This document shows, piece after piece, positions 18,064 to 33,030 of a stretch of 64,000 nt of DNA (the stretch's first letter is position 1; each line of letters begins with the position of its first letter). The notes below the pieces were generated by a model that made no database searches, was not told the origin of the DNA, and was given only the letters and a program-made list of their open reading frames with translations. A program made the translations under genes and the position numbers. Origin of the DNA: Daphnia carinata (Eukaryota). The stretch lies in the NCBI RefSeq assembly GCF_022539665.2, contig NC_081333.1, positions 11,098,001 to 11,162,000 on the forward strand, written 5' to 3'.

Positions 18064-21000
18064 AAACAAAAAGGAAGAAAACAAAAGAATGTAACAGCCA
18101 CCTCGACTCCTTCGCCGCCCACATACATACATACATACACAGACACCCAACAAACATATACTTACGTACATACTCACCGTCCCTTTCTCCTCCTTACAGA
18201 TTTTCACTACCCCATTTGCCCCTCCTCCCGCTTCCACTGTCCCCCCTCGAGATGATCAATTTAATAATAATTTAACCCGTTTCAATCATTCATGAAGAAC
18301 GAGTGTTTTTGAGTCGACCATTGAAAGAGAGGGATAATAATACCAAGCAAAAAAGATTGGCCATGTAAAACCATAGTGTCGATGTGTGACTGTGTTGAGT
18401 GCGCGCGTCAAGCCGAGTGACAAAAACATTTTGTGCGTGCGTGTGCGAGCGAGCGTGAATGGCTGGTTGAATGTATGATGAACCCAAAAAAAGTGAAACC
18501 GAAAAAAGAAAAAAACTGAACAAATGTAACTCTGTCCTCCCCTTGCCCTTGTCGCATCTTTCTTCTTCTACACATAGGCCACCAACGGTTTTCCTCTTAT
18601 CATGTTCGTTTCTTCATCGCCTACCCCGAACTCACCCCCCTCTCCCACTTCAAAGGAAAATGCAGATGTTTGGAAGAACTAGATTTTTAAGAAAGAAATC
18701 TGTACTTGAATGGCAACAGATTCAAATTCGGCTGTACACTAGTCCCTCTGCTGCTATTCTGGCGATTTAACAAACCCAACAGGACAAACAAGAAGTAAAA
18801 ACACATTTCAAGTGCAAAGATGTAACTCCCAGATCAAAACAAAATTTCGGATTGATCCTTTGTGTTTAAGGCATTTTTTTAAATGGCTTAAACAAAAAAC
18901 GAGGTGGGGAGGCAAGTTCAGTTAGGAGTTGACAAGTGTAACAAAAATTTTGAACAAGAACATTACGGACGTGATAATAGCCAGCAAAAGAGAAGAGACA
19001 AAAAAAGAAAGGTAATAGTGGAAGCTTCAAATGCGGGCGTGTACTTTTTTTTTTTTTTATTTTTTTTTTTATTGTATTGTAATTTTTTTTCCCCGTTTGA
19101 TTTGCTAAGAAGGTTTAATTCGGCTCTCACGATCCTTTTGTTCTAATGTTGACTTTCCCCCCATTTTTTTTTTATGTCCCTTCTACACATGAAAGAAATC
19201 AATTAGTCGCCGTCTTGTTGTAGCCAATTTATTGCAATCATTCTTCCCATTTAAAATTTTTTTTTTCATTAACGATTTGTTTTAACTTGCTCCCTTTTCT
19301 CCCTCATTCTTTCTAATAGGTCTTATCGACGAAGTTATGTTGCCCCGAGTAACTCTTGCAAGTCACGAAAGAGAGACGGCCGCGTTTGATTGCTTCTCGT
19401 TAGTTTGAGAAATATTTGAAAATGAATGATTACATCCATACCACAAACAAACTTTCCTGTATAGTCGCTGCCCACCTCTCCCCCCACCACCACTTCTCTT
19501 AACTTCATCTTTTGATTTCATGAATAGGTGTGTCGTGTTCTTTATATACATCTGCTGATCACTTCTTCTTGTCTTACGTTGCAGTTTTTGTTTGTTTATA
19601 CGATCGTTCACATTCTTTGCAGCTCTTTGAACTGATTGAGCAAAATATCTTTCTCTTTATTATCTTCATGCATTGTTTTGATTAGATCGTGTTTTTTTTT
19701 CTAAACCACTTTTAATCGCCCCTCTTTCCTTCCTCTGTTTCTTCAGCGCATCGATACGATAATGCTGGTGCACTTCCCCCACAACTTTTTTTTTATTATT
19801 TGAAGAAAAAAAAAATAATTAGTAATAATAATGGTCGGCTGTATATTTTCTTTTCTTTTTTTTTTCTGTAATCCCGTCATACCTGTCTCCCCAAAATTTG
19901 TTTGCGCTCTCCACCTTTATCATGAGTCTTTTCTTCGTCCATGCCCCCATCCAACAAAAAAAAAAAATCCTGCACCCCTTTTCGTGTACAGATGGTTGAA
20001 CATCTTTTATGTCTTTTGTCCAAACTGTTCGATCATCGTCTTGGATTTTTTTTTCTCTTGTATTAGAAGAAAACCAATCAAAAAAGAAAAAAAAAACAAC
20101 CGACCGGCAACACCAACAACAAAGTAACATGTGCCCTCCCACCCCACCCCCCGTTTTATCCCCTGTTGTCAAGTGTGTTTACTCTGCATCGACCGAGTTG
20201 TATGTCTGCAGTCAAAAAACCAATGAAACGAGGATTATGAAGGAAAACGAGAGCGAGATACAAACATGAAAATGATCGTGTATTGCGTACCGATAATCCG
20301 TCGCATTTTAGTTTTCATGCAAGCTCAGCAGACGAAATCGTAAACATTAATGAGTCCAATTAATAATTCGGCGTCGTTATTTATTGGCGACTTAAAATTC
20401 ACTTCGTCAAATGGAGCAATCTTGTTTGCAATGCGCAAAGTGTGCTGACGACAGGTCAGACCCAGTTTCAGAGCGCTGTTAAATCATGTAAGGCATGTCT
20501 TAGTTATTTATTTGTTTGGGTATCGCTTACTAACTTAGTATGAGAATGTAAGTCCAGAAAAAAAAGCTTTCTACCTTCTGTCAACACAAATCGTTAATCG
20601 AAACTGAATGGTCATGGTGTATTAAAAATCTATTCTAGCAAAGTGCACTGCAGCATGCGATTCATGTTACGCCAGTGCTTATTCCTAATGGAGTCCTTCC
20701 TCAATGTATGACCGATGCCCTTTTTTTTAAGGCTTTAAAAAGAATAGCTCACGATGGAAATGAACGAAGCAGCTATTGTTAGCTATTAATCGATAGAATA
20801 ATGGTACGGCTTCATAAAGACGCTACTTGCACACGTCAACGAACAATCAGACGTGAAACAGATGTGCAGACATTTGACTTAATAAGATGGCCCTGTGTAT
20901 TCGTTGCTGAAGAGGTATCGACCGACCCTTAAGGGTAGTACGTTTTCTATTGTGCACAAAACGAGAACCAACTACAGCACTGGGGAAACGGGACAGAATA

Positions 21001-24000
21001 TCTGGATTTAGGTATAGATGCACAATAGGATTTGGACTACGTCCTTGGCAATAAGATGACAAGTTGTGTACACATTTTCGCGACAGTGTCGCAGACGTTG
21101 AACGAAACAATCGTCGATGGGGGTAAATAATAGATTGATATCCAGAATGAGCAACTCTATATTGATCGAGTGATTGCGTATGAACATGAACCTCAAGTCG
21201 ACATATTTGTGTCAGGGCCTTTGAATTACACTTCGATTTCATCCAAGGTCTTTGTGACTATCTTTACACCTGATCATGCTAAGCGTTCTTTTAATTAGAC
21301 ATCATCTTTTCATCCTTTCTGCATTATTGATTTCCGAGTTTATGTTTACTTGCTTCTACATCAAACCAATTGTTCAAATTTTAGATTTCGTGCAATTTAA
21401 TGGCTGTAGATGGGAGTAAGCTAACAGACCCACCCAAATCCCCCGGTCGCATGTTTTCATTATAGTTAAACCATGCGTGCCTAATAACGAAGCCGGCGTT
21501 ACGCCTCTCATGGCATAGCGTTGTGGTTTTTCACGGGGGCGCTGATACTGTAGGGAAATATGTAGGTAAACAAAAAATGGATTTTCATGTCAACAGCTGT
21601 GGCTGGACCGTATCAAATTTCTCTCTTCTATAATAATTACCTTCCTTTGAGTAGGTAAGACCATAATTGTTTGCAAAAGTTGAATGTTTGGTTGTTTTTG
21701 TGAACTCACGGCTGACAAGTCTGATGTGCAAATTCTCATGTTATTGATCTTCTACCATCAAAGTTTAGCGAACAACTATACGAACTGGAGTTTCAAAATG
21801 CACGCCAGGTAAAAAGTTTACAGTTTACGTCAGCCATGGCAAATCCAAATTATGATGAGTTACCATTTTAAACGCGAGGAAGGTTAATATCGATTTGTAC
21901 CATTGTTATAACATTTAAATTAAACCGGTAGAAAAAATGAAAAATCTTCGATCAGTTGGGGCATGTTAGGCAATGTGAGGAACAGTTTCGTTTCATTTTC
22001 CAACTCTCAACGTTCACAAGTTTCTGATTACCATTTCGCCTAATTTACTCCTTTCGAAAGTCATTTTCTCCAGGAAAGAGAACAGACGGAAATACAGATA
22101 TAGATTATTAAGCCACCGTTAATATTAATCGCAGACGTTTTCTTTATCAGGACGGCGAGACAAGTCACGGAGAGACAGTACGCTGGATCGACGACCTACC
22201 TGTATTTTCGCGAAAGAAAACCCCCTCTGTTGGTCTCTAATATTTAGAACAGTATACTTACCAGAAAATGGCGGAAGGAAAAGACTGCTACTTTACATAG
22301 GGCTTATACCTGAGATTCGACGGATTGTGCCCCTTGAAAGCGCACAAACCTTGCAGTTTGTATTGCAAACATCGAGTTTTTTGCCCTGGATAGCCTTGAA
22401 CAGATTTGAAAAATGCAAACGGTGGAAAGAGAATACGCCAGGTTATAACTTACTGAACGCATTTCTGCTTTATTATGGAGAAATTCAAAGTATAATGGAA
22501 ACTAAAATGCTCCTACTTTTTTTGAAACATAATGGCAGTGTTAAAATGAACCATAATTTACGCCAACCTTTCATTTTGGATTCCTTAGAGTTACTTTAAT
22601 ACTCTATTTTCTCGCTAAATAATGGTGATGTATGCTTTTGGATACCTCGACATTAAAATCTATATTTAGCTTGGCTGATAAATTACATTTGTGTTCTGTT
22701 TCGTTCTCATGCAAAGCGAAATCCCACTTTAGGGGACTCTCGAATGCCAGATGTTGGAAATCATCTATCTTAGTTATCGGACTCTTCAAGAAAAGCCACC
22801 TGATTTCTGACATTATTCTTCGTCTGAGCTTTGAGGACCAGTCAACTATGCGAACGACACTATCCGCAAATCTGTTTAGAAATAAAAAAGGATGTTCTTT
22901 TTTTGCAGAAAGACGAACCGGAATGAAATTGAAGCCACAGAGGAGCGACCAACATCCGCCGTATCGCCAATCAGTATACAAAAAAGGCGAATGATGTTGG
23001 AAAGAGGTTGAGGCATCAAATTCCGTTCAAAGTGTCACGCAGAAGCCAGTCACGCTTGGCAAGACATTCCTATTTTCAACGGAGACGACGACAGACGATG
23101 CGGATTATGAATATCTTACGCGTCAGTGACTCAATGGCTATGCAGTTGTTACGCCCGCACGCCAGTGCACTCAGGACGGGTACAACAACCGGAAAGAATT
23201 GGATGTGTTGGATGTGGACGTCCCACGTCATCTAAAGAACACTATTGCCGTAATCGGAATCAAAAAACAAAAGTTGCATACATTCACGAAATACGATTAT
23301 TGTACATGCCTAATAAATAGTGTCACAAAGAAATGTAAAACGAATACAGACATTCAAGTTGTGGGAGGGTTCTGGTTGCCATGGAAACGACAGTCATTTG
23401 CACTTAATGTATTTCCACACCGTTAGCCACATCAGTCAGCTTGTCTTAGCAACGGCGCCAAGCCGAGTTAACTATAAGAAGTCTACAAAAATCTTAAAGA
23501 GCTCACTGAAATGGAAAAGACATTAAAAATGATTTTAATCTAGTTCCGCTTTCTCTTACGTGCTTCACATTTAAAGAGATTCCAATAAATGAGCTGAAAA
23601 TTTCAGTATTATCTCAAATTTCGGAAAGGTAAGTTCAACAATTCAACATCTGAAGAAGTGGATTGATGCATCTCTGATTTGTTGGGCATATAGATAACAT
23701 ATTCACTTTCAGGTTTTATTAAATACATCAAATAGGAATCGGAAAATAGACGCCGTTGTCATCGTGGTCCACCGCTACGTAGTTCAGTTTCACTAGAACA
23801 TTTATCGCTAGTAGATGCCCTTCTCTGCATAGGATTACATTTTTCTTCCAAATGTATTCAATAAAAAAGTTGAATCGATTTTTACATCAAGTGGTTTGAA
23901 TTATGGTTAGGAGAAAAAATGTATTTTTCAAGTAGACTTTTCTTCAGTTCGTAACCTTTTTTGATATCATGATTAAAGTTTTAATATTTAAATGCATCGT

Positions 24001-24950
24001 GTTTTGAACTCCCCTTTCCCCGAAGTTTGTTGTCGTTGCCCGAGTACAAGTTGCGTTTGTTGTTGTTATCCTGTTTTGGATCAAGTTTTCTAGGCTCTAA
24101 TTCACAGAAATTAAAGTTTCCAGCCTTTGGCCCACGCACGGTCTCCAGCTGAAGGGACTCAAGTTTTCAATCTAGACTACAGCCCGCGTGAAATCGATTT
24201 TACCACGGTGACGGAACTCAAGAATTTATGACATAAGTCTAACCATTTGTAAATAAAACATTGCATTATTTGAAAGACTAATGTAACCTTGGCCTTGGAT
24301 TACCGGTATGGATTCTAATTCGTGTTTCTCGCAAACTTTTTAGAAAAACTCTTTTTGGCTTATATTTTGTGCCTACACTATGGTGTTACGCTACATACGA
24401 CGTACCAGGAAAGTCTATAAAGAAGGCGTACCAATAAATCGGTGATGGCGCACCAAAGAAAATGAAGGCGGAGATGTAGATCTTTGTCAACAAGTGAAAT
24501 GCCATCACTCGTGAAACAAATTAAAAGGGATTAAACTTTCAATTCGATTTTCCTTGTTATTAAGCAAATGTATATTAGAACGTTTTTTCACGTTCACGGC
24601 AAACCGATTTGCACAAGTTTTTTTTTTTGGTCACGGTACATATCAAGATAAGCAAATCATTTTCTCAAATTTCGTATTTTGTCCACACGAAACGACGACA
24701 TGGATACAAAGCACGCGTTATCGTGTTTCTCATAAGACGAACCACTCTCTTCAATTCTCTCTCTTGGGCAAGAAGGACTGACTGTAAACGCCGGGAAACA
24801 AGATCACGCTCGGAATTGCAGTCGGCCAAAGATGAACTTCCCGTGAAATAAAAATAAAGACAGCACCATGTCGATGGATTCCATTACGGCAAGAGTATTA
24901 TTTCATGACCAGAGTTAAAGAAGCATATCAAATAAGGAAATGTAGGATGT

Positions 24951-26535
24951 TCAGTCTTCGGTAGGATCGGGTGACCGCTGCCCACTCACGGTTGCGTCAA
25001 ACGCAGCAGTGGTCGAATTTCGGTGCCGTCGAACTGTTGCTGGACTAGGCCGTTGAGGCAGAACAAGACGTGCCAGCTGTCCGAACATGTACGGGTAATG
25101 TTGAATATTACGGTCATTGAAATCTGGGTATTCTTTGAAATGAGGATCCAGGTAAGAGCGGTGATTAATTAGCAAGTGGACCGTGTCCTGATTCAAGCGC
25201 CAATCGGGCCATTCCATCGAATCGTATAAATCTTGCATCAACATGTGGACACCGAACCGCCATTTAACGCGATGCATCAGTTCAGGTTGCCGGTGTAGGA
25301 TCTCCGTTGTAGGACGTTCACCTGCATTGTAATACCTGTATGTAATAAAACAAAAGATGATTGCAAGGTTCAGCGTGTAGTTGTTCGTGCTTTTTTGTAA
25401 AGGTTTTAAATCTAGAATGTTTTTTTTCGGTATATAATAGACTTATAATTGAGCAGACAACTGGGGGTGTGTGTTCACGTTCCCACGATTTCATGTTGTT
25501 TGGGCTGAGATAGGATACGTGCCGAAATGTACTTTAACGCTAACAGATTTTCACAAGCAGATCAATAGGAAATAGTAGCACGAAAAAGAGACGAGAAAAG
25601 AACGACCATTATCGTTGAATCGATCACGAATGCCCTGAAAACAATACACGCATTTGATTTGTTTTTCTTATTTCTTAGAAAAAGGAAAAACAAATTAAAC
25701 AAGTCTTTCCCGAGAAACTCGATAAGTTTTAATTCAAATCAATTCACGTCACGTAAATATCTTGAATTTTTAGTTAGACCGGATGACATAAGAGAAGAAC
25801 TAACCATAAATCGGCGTGATATTGTCTGTAGGTGTCCAGCCAAAGGGGAAGGAAACGAGCGTTGCGATGGGCGATGATGACCTGACTGCCGAGAAATTGA
25901 CCCTCGTCCCAGCCCATGGCAATTTCGTATTTACGGTACTTGTCGAGATTGTGAACGACGTAGACGTCGTTATCCAAATAGATGCCACCATACTTCATCA
26001 TGGTGCGGATGCGGGCAATGTCCGAGCCGTGGTAGAGTCGCCATCCGTCGCTGAGGGGCTGCCCGAAAATCTCCGATGGCAATTCAATCGGCTGGAGGAC
26101 AATGCGTCTATACAAATCCGGTTCCGATTGGATCCACTTCCAATAGCGGCCCGTCAAATTATTCTCATCGACATTCGTGTGAAGGTAAATACGTTCAGGT
26201 TTCTGTTGAATGTAGGCCGAACGTAAACAGATGTAGTCGACGAACGTGAACGTCGTCTTGTTGAAACGGATGTAGTGGACCAGATTGGGGACGACCAAAC
26301 GCCCGCCATAACTCCGTCCGGTCTCGTTATCGAATCCTTCAAAGTCCAACGAGTCAAAGTATTCTGTTGTCGGGCTGATATCACTCGATCCTTCAACATT
26401 GCCAGCGGGGATAGGCGTTCCATTCCATCTGTTGCTGCCTCCGACAATGTCGTAGATGGTCCAGTATAAACACAACCCAGGGAAGAGAAGAAGCGAAACG
26501 AAAGACAATGCCAATAGTCTTTTTTGGTTCCTCAT
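24951..26535 (-). CDS. DXD glycosyltransferase (GT32 / alpha-1,4-GlcNAc/Gal-transferase-like) paralogue 1, 2 exons
   Basis: N-terminal TM anchor, VPNLVHYI, SDIARIRTMMKYGGIYLDNDV; exons ~26535-25805 and ~25336-24951. Confidence 0.88.
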
Positions 26536-28012
26536 TTTCTTTCCTCTGTTCACTCTACCTTCACACGAGGCTCATGATTTCACGTTGCCCAACCGACAAA
26601 GCATGTGTCCACTTTAAACTGTCTGGACTGATGGTAACGCACATCTTTGCCCGTGTATGTATACACGATGAATGTGTGCAATATCAGTGGCTCCTGTTAG
26701 TATAGAAATATATATATATATATTTAAAAAAAAAGGCCACACATGCGCGTTGTGATATAGACTGGTCGCGTCCCCTGTCTTCCCTCCCCGGTCTACCAAC
26801 CCCTCCCCACCTCGGAGTCTGGATAAAAGGGACCCACTGGCAACCTCAATATTTGATGGCGTTGTTTAGTTAGATTCTTATATTTTACTACCTCTTCTTT
26901 TCGTACACCATCTGAAATCGGCCATCGATTTTCTCATCCCTTTCACTTTATGCAGCACTGATGCACTTTAGACGCACACGTCTCCCCTCCCCAGAAGCTT
27001 CGATCCTTTATCGGCGTTTTCTTGTACACACATTGAAACCACTTTTCTTTTTTTTTTTTTACCTTTTGTACGCCATCGTCTCCTATTCCTAGTGCAATCA
27101 ATATAGATGTAGCGCACCGACGCCCTGTTGATTAATTCTTTACGATTGGCTAGCACGCAATCAACAAATTCAACTAAGAAACGCGTCGCGATCGCACGAA
27201 CGCTTTCGTGTGCAGTTTTTTTTAGAAATTAAATAAGTTTTGTTCGTACACTGCGAATTAATGTTAAACGTAGAAAGGAGGCTAGGGCGGATCCTTATGG
27301 TTTGTTCTAAATGAGTCACATCGTTGCCACAACACCAATCTCGCGGAGTAACGGTAAACCATAATGAAAGGCACGAGTGACATTTGCTGTTACCGAAGGT
27401 CAGCTAAAAGGGGGAGTAAACTAGTAAAAATTTCGTTGAGGTAGGGGGGAGGATGCCGGATGCGTCGGGGTTCAGCAACTACGCGTTGTCTACAACGCAT
27501 TGACAAAAGGGGAAATCATTTGAAATCGATTGTCGTGCGTTAGGGGAGAATGCCGAGCGTGAAAAGGAAGAGCTCCGTTCAGCAATGGAGCTGGCCTACT
27601 TGTCAATTCTGTCCGTTTCTACTCTCCTACTCCGATACATTCTATTTCCTGATAGATTTCCTCAAATCGTTTCATGAATAGCAAAATACAATAGGTCGGA
27701 GTTGTGTTTTATCGTGTGTGCGTCTTCCTCAAAGCCGTTGTTGTCCGTCTACACTAGATGGCTGTCTGTGTCTTGGCGGCCAAATAAAAAACGGCTGTGA
27801 ATTCCGAGATAATGATGCATAATTGAGCATTGGCAGGTTGTTTTCAAATTGTAACTTGCCCTAGGTAAACAATATAAAACTTTGAAGGCCACACTCCAAC
27901 TAGACAGCCGTCTCCTTCAGTGGCCATCAATATATTACCGTCTTTTCTTACGTCGTGTTTACTTCTCGTCGGTTAATACGTTGTCCTTTGTAAACAGAAG
28001 TAGTGGGGTGAC

Positions 28013-29101
28013 ATGAACTATTTCCAAGGATTAGCATGTCTCTCGCTGGCCACTTTTTTTGCCCTACTGACTGGCGTCAACTACTTGCCAAAGTTAATCG
28101 AGTTCGTGTACAGCCCTCCTGCCAACTTGGTCTTCAAAGCCAATCCAACTTTATTCAGTGTGAACCAAAACTATTTCAAAGACTTTGAAGGATTTGATAA
28201 CGAGACCGGTGCCAATAATTTTATCGTACCCAATATTATCCACTACATTCGTCTCAATAAGAAAAGTTGGTCGTTTGTGGAGTACATTTGCTTACGATCG
28301 GCTTACGTCAATCAACGGCCCGACTTCATTTTTATCCACACCAACATCTTGGATGGTTTCAAAGGGAAATACTGGAAATGGATCCAAGAAGAATCTGATT
28401 TAAAATTGCGTTTGATTGTAGTACCCGTTCAATTGCCATCCGAGATCTTTGGTCACAAACTGAATCCTCTATGGAGGATCCATCACGGGTCTGACTTGAT
28501 CCGCATTCAGACATTAATGAAGTATGGCGGAATCTTCTTAGATAACGATGTCTACGTCGTTCGTAATCTGGATAAATACCGCAAATTCGAAATGACTTTA
28601 GGCTGGCCCAGGAATGAATCCCTTGGCACAATGGTTCTTTTGGCTAATAAGAATGCCCGTTTCCTACCCCTTTGGCTGGACAATTACCGAGATTACAAAG
28701 CGGATCAATGGTATGTATATCTAGTTTAATTCTGTGTACGTACGAAGTTGGTAGTTAAGTATTAAGATATCTTAATAACTAGGTATTACAATGCTGGAGA
28801 TAACCCGACTGCAACCGTGTTAATGAAACATCCGGAACTGGTCCATCGAGAACCCAAACGACTGGGAGTTCATTTTATGTTGCGTGAAATGTTCCAGGAA
28901 ACGAAGAATTTTCCGTGGCACGAAAAACTGGACACCGTTCATCTGCTCATCAATCATCGAAGTTATCTCGACATGTTCTACAAAGATTATCGCTATTTCA
29001 ACGAACGAAATATCATGCATTATCCATTCAATTTCGGCGAAATGGCTCGGCTTGTTTTGAACCGCCAACCGGTTGGAAACTACACAGTATCAATCCAGTA
29101 G
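28013..29101 (+). CDS. DXD glycosyltransferase (GT32-like) paralogue 2, 2 exons
   Basis: IVPNIIHYI, SDLIRIQTLMKYGGIFLDNDV, W|YYNAG junction (intron ~28711-28782). Confidence 0.88.
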
Positions 29102-29761
29102 TAATGCCTGTTTATTCCGCACGCATTTTGTTTCATCACGTACGTAACATCATTAATCAAAAAGGGTTTTTAATTTTTTTTTAACTGATGCTTAGCTTTA
29201 ATTTGTTATTTTGTTTGAAGCTATATTCTGCAATTACGGCCGGAATGTTTCAAACTGTTTTTTTTTTTGTAAGCTGCATGTAGTTACGCACGTTTATAAA
29301 ATCACGGAGACTCTTAAAAACAATTCAATATTCAGTGTTCTAAAAAAGACAATAGTCATATTCACAGGTGCAATACAGACAAGCTTACGTAACGTCGCTA
29401 GAATCTGCATTGCGTGTAAACTTCTTGTAGTGTTGAAACAGTTGTGCATGCATTCTGTATAAGTATTGCACAATACACCCAAATGATAGAAAAGCCATTT
29501 CTATTTCCCATAGTTCTCGTACACGATCGTAACTATCTGTAGTTGCTGTAAACGAAAACGGAAGTGTGTTGCTTCCAGGAGGAGTGACTGTGTTCTAATA
29601 ATCATTCGTGCCGGGTGTATTTCGATTTAGTCGATTGGTAAGACCATTTGTGACACATGGGCATACCAAAACTGAAAAAAAACGTATGATCGTCCAACTT
29701 TTAAGAACACTTGGAATATTGTCACAAACGGTACATTTTGATTCAGTCGTGTTCGCTTACG

Positions 29762-30975
29762 ATGCGAAGAGGACTGTTACTTTTGAGAAGCAATGCGTTT
29801 CGCAGATTGCTGCGCATATCCGTCTTTTTCTTATTCTTTGGAGCTGCCATATTGATGATGGCGAAGACCTTTCTAGGAACAATTTTTCAAGGGTTTAGTG
29901 GATCGCGTCACGAAGAAGAATTAAGTTTCTTTAATTTTAACAACGAAACTGGAGCCGACCACGTTATCGTGCCCAATATTGTTCATCTTATTCGTTTCAA
30001 CAAAACGGAATTCTCTTTTATCGATTATATTTGCACACAGGCGGCTTTTCGTAACCACCGACCTGACTATGTTTACATCCATACTGACTCACCAGGTGGT
30101 AAATTTATAGGTAAATATTGGGAACTGATTGAACGTGATCTCGAGTTAAGCTCTCGCATCCATATTTTGCCACTGGAACCACCGTCAGAAATTTTTGGGC
30201 AAGAACTCAATCCCGATTGGAGATTATATCACGGTGGCGATATCGCCCGTATACGCACCATGATGAAGTACGGTGGCATTTACCTGGATAACGATGTTTA
30301 CGTTATTCGAAATCTAGACAAGTATCGCAAATTCGAAATGGCCATCAATTGGGATGAGGGTCAATTTCTTGGTACTCAGGTCCTTATTGCCAATCGGAAA
30401 GCTCGTTTTCTTCCATTGTGGCTTAACTCCTATCGGGAATATCATCCGGATCTATGGTAATGAAAACGTCCTTCTGTTTGTTTTCTCTATTAGCTCATTT
30501 AATTTTAAAAGAATTGTCTGTTCCTGCAAGGTATTACAACGCTGGAGAACGACCAACGGTAGAAATTTTATACAAGCATCCGGAATTGGTTAGCGATCGC
30601 TAAATTACAATAAAGGCGATGAAATGCTAAATGAATGTAATTTTATTTTACGTATAGGTCCATCGTGTCAAAATGCAATTTGGAGCTGATTACGATCTAT
30701 CGTATAATCTTTATACTTACAAAGAATTCGATTGGCGTACGTTAGATACCGTTCATCTTATGATAAATCATCGTTATTACAGTAAGTTCAAAGTTGGTTT
30801 CAACATTCAATTTATAGAAATTTCTTTTATTTTGTTTTCAGTGGATCCTCGTTACAACGAAACACCGTTTTTTGACGAAAATATTGTAAAAAATTATGCC
30901 TACCCATTTGGTGAAATGGCTCGTGAGATGATAGCAGCTTCTGGAATGGAAAATTTGATTGGCAAAAACATTTAA
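29762..30975 (+). CDS. DXD glycosyltransferase (GT32-like) paralogue 3, 4 exons
   Basis: IVPNIVHLI, GDIARIRTMMKYGGIYLDNDV; exons 29762-30456, 30531-30588, 30658-30781, 30842-30975. Confidence 0.88.
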
Positions 30976-31835
30976 TTATCATTATCAATGTTTTTTTCTG
31001 TCATCGAAATGGCTTCGGCGCCCATAAGAGTAAATCGTTTTATATAAACGAGCTTCTTCTCAATGCAAATTTCATTTATTTTATGATCTCTCATATAGTA
31101 GATGACTTAACACAGCATGTAAGCATGTGACCTATGGAGCAATAAAAATTAATTGATCATGTTTTCATATATAAATTTCCAGTTGCTTGGAAAGCAAAGT
31201 TATTTTCGTTAGACGGAAAACTGTTCACACATGGTGTTTCATAGTTCGATTGCCTGATCCAAAAGCCCCAAGTGTACACGTCAACATGACATTGTTCGAA
31301 TTTTTGAATGACATGTGTACAGTGGACACAAATGCGTTGAATACATCCCAACAGTAAATGACGTAATCTAATCCTTTATTTTGTTAACCGACGACAGCGG
31401 TTATCACTTACCTCTTTGTTGGCATTCTCACCGCATTGCTGGTGGTTTTTATTTCAATTCTGATTGTCAAAATCGTGCATTGCTAACCAAAACAATGCAG
31501 CGGTTGCCATCATTGAACTCGTGAAAAACAATTGGCAACGTGTGAAAAAAAATTTGAAGGAGGAATTTTTTTAATTAAAAAGATATTTAAGTTTTGTTCA
31601 ATCAGACAAGGTTGGTAGTGCCGGCCTACTTTCTATTTATTTACGAACATTTGGTTTAACACTATCTGCCATGCGTGATAGTCACCTCTGTTTTCGTTCC
31701 ATTTTCACCAGATGCGACAGATGGCTGAGAATGATTGTCGATACATTTCTCATCTACAACAATGCTAAACAAAATTTCATTTGCCCTTTGGGTGGTGAAC
31801 CGGGTAAGGGAATATACAGAGTAGTCGCGCACAAA

Positions 31836-33030
31836 ATGCGGTTGACCATACGAAGAAAATTACTCCACATATCCGCCGTAGTTTTCTTTCTGGGCACGAT
31901 TCTCCTCATGGGCACTGCCGTCTTCGAGAATTTGTTCGGAAATGTTCGACGGCAGCATTTGGATTTTGGATCGACATTTTCTGGTTTTAACAACGAGACG
32001 GGAGCCGGCCACTTCATCGTTCCCAATATCATCCACTTAATCCGGTTCAGCCAACCGGAGTTTTCTTTCATCGATTACATTTGTATCCAGGCGGCTTTTC
32101 GTAACCATCGACCCGACCATTTCTACATTCATACGAACGAAGAGGGTCGACAATTTACGGGCAAGTACTGGGAGTTGATTGAACGTGATCTCGAACTTAG
32201 ATCTCGCATCCGCATTTTGCCTCTGGAGGCGCCGTCTGAGATCTTTGGACAAGAAATTCCTCCTGATTTAAGACCATATCACGGTGGTGATATTGCACGC
32301 ATTCGCACAATGATGAAATACGGCGGCATTTATCTAGATAACGATATTTACGTCATCAAAAATTTAGATAAATACCGTAAATACGAAATTTCCATCAACT
32401 GGGATAAGGATCAGTTTCTTGGCACTCAAGTAATTATTGCTAATCGACGTGCTCGTTTTCTTGCCATGTGGCTCGATTCTTATCGTGAATATCATCCAGA
32501 ATTGTGGTAAATAACTACTTTTAAGCATTTTTTTTCTGCTTCAGTAAAACTAGGTCGATTTAATTTCTTTTGAAGGTACTATAATGCGGGAGAGCGCCCA
32601 ACCACAGAGATCTTATATCGCTATCCCGAATTGGTGAGTAACAAACAAGTGACACAGACCGAGAATTGCATGACGAATTTAGAAAACCCATTATTGTAGA
32701 TACATCGAGTGAAAGTGCAATTCGGAGCTGATATTTCTTTATCTGTGAACCTCTATACTGAAAAAGAATTTAACTGGCGTTCGCTGGATACCATCCATCT
32801 CATGATCAATCATCGAAGTTACCGTGAGTATAATACATTTTTTTTTCATGATATTATTTTCTCGCCATATTTGTAATACTTCATTTGAATTTTTAGTGGA
32901 TCCCTACTACAACGAAACACCGTCGTTTGATGAAAATGTAATCAAAACTTATCTCTATCCATTTGGTGAAATGGCACGTGAAATGGTTGCGGCTTCCGGA
33001 ATGAACAACTTTATCAACGCAAAGAATTGA
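31836..33030 (+). CDS. DXD glycosyltransferase (GT32-like) paralogue 4, 4 exons
   Basis: IVPNIIHLI, GDIARIRTMMKYGGIYLDNDI, C-terminal YPFGEMAREMVAASGM; closest to paralogue 3. An upstream in-frame ATG exists at 31671. Confidence 0.87.

Noticed and set aside
20847..23526. Cluster of 60-130 aa ORFs between wdb and the glycosyltransferases
   Set aside because: No recognisable domain or coherent splice model; may be decayed mobile DNA but I cannot support a call.
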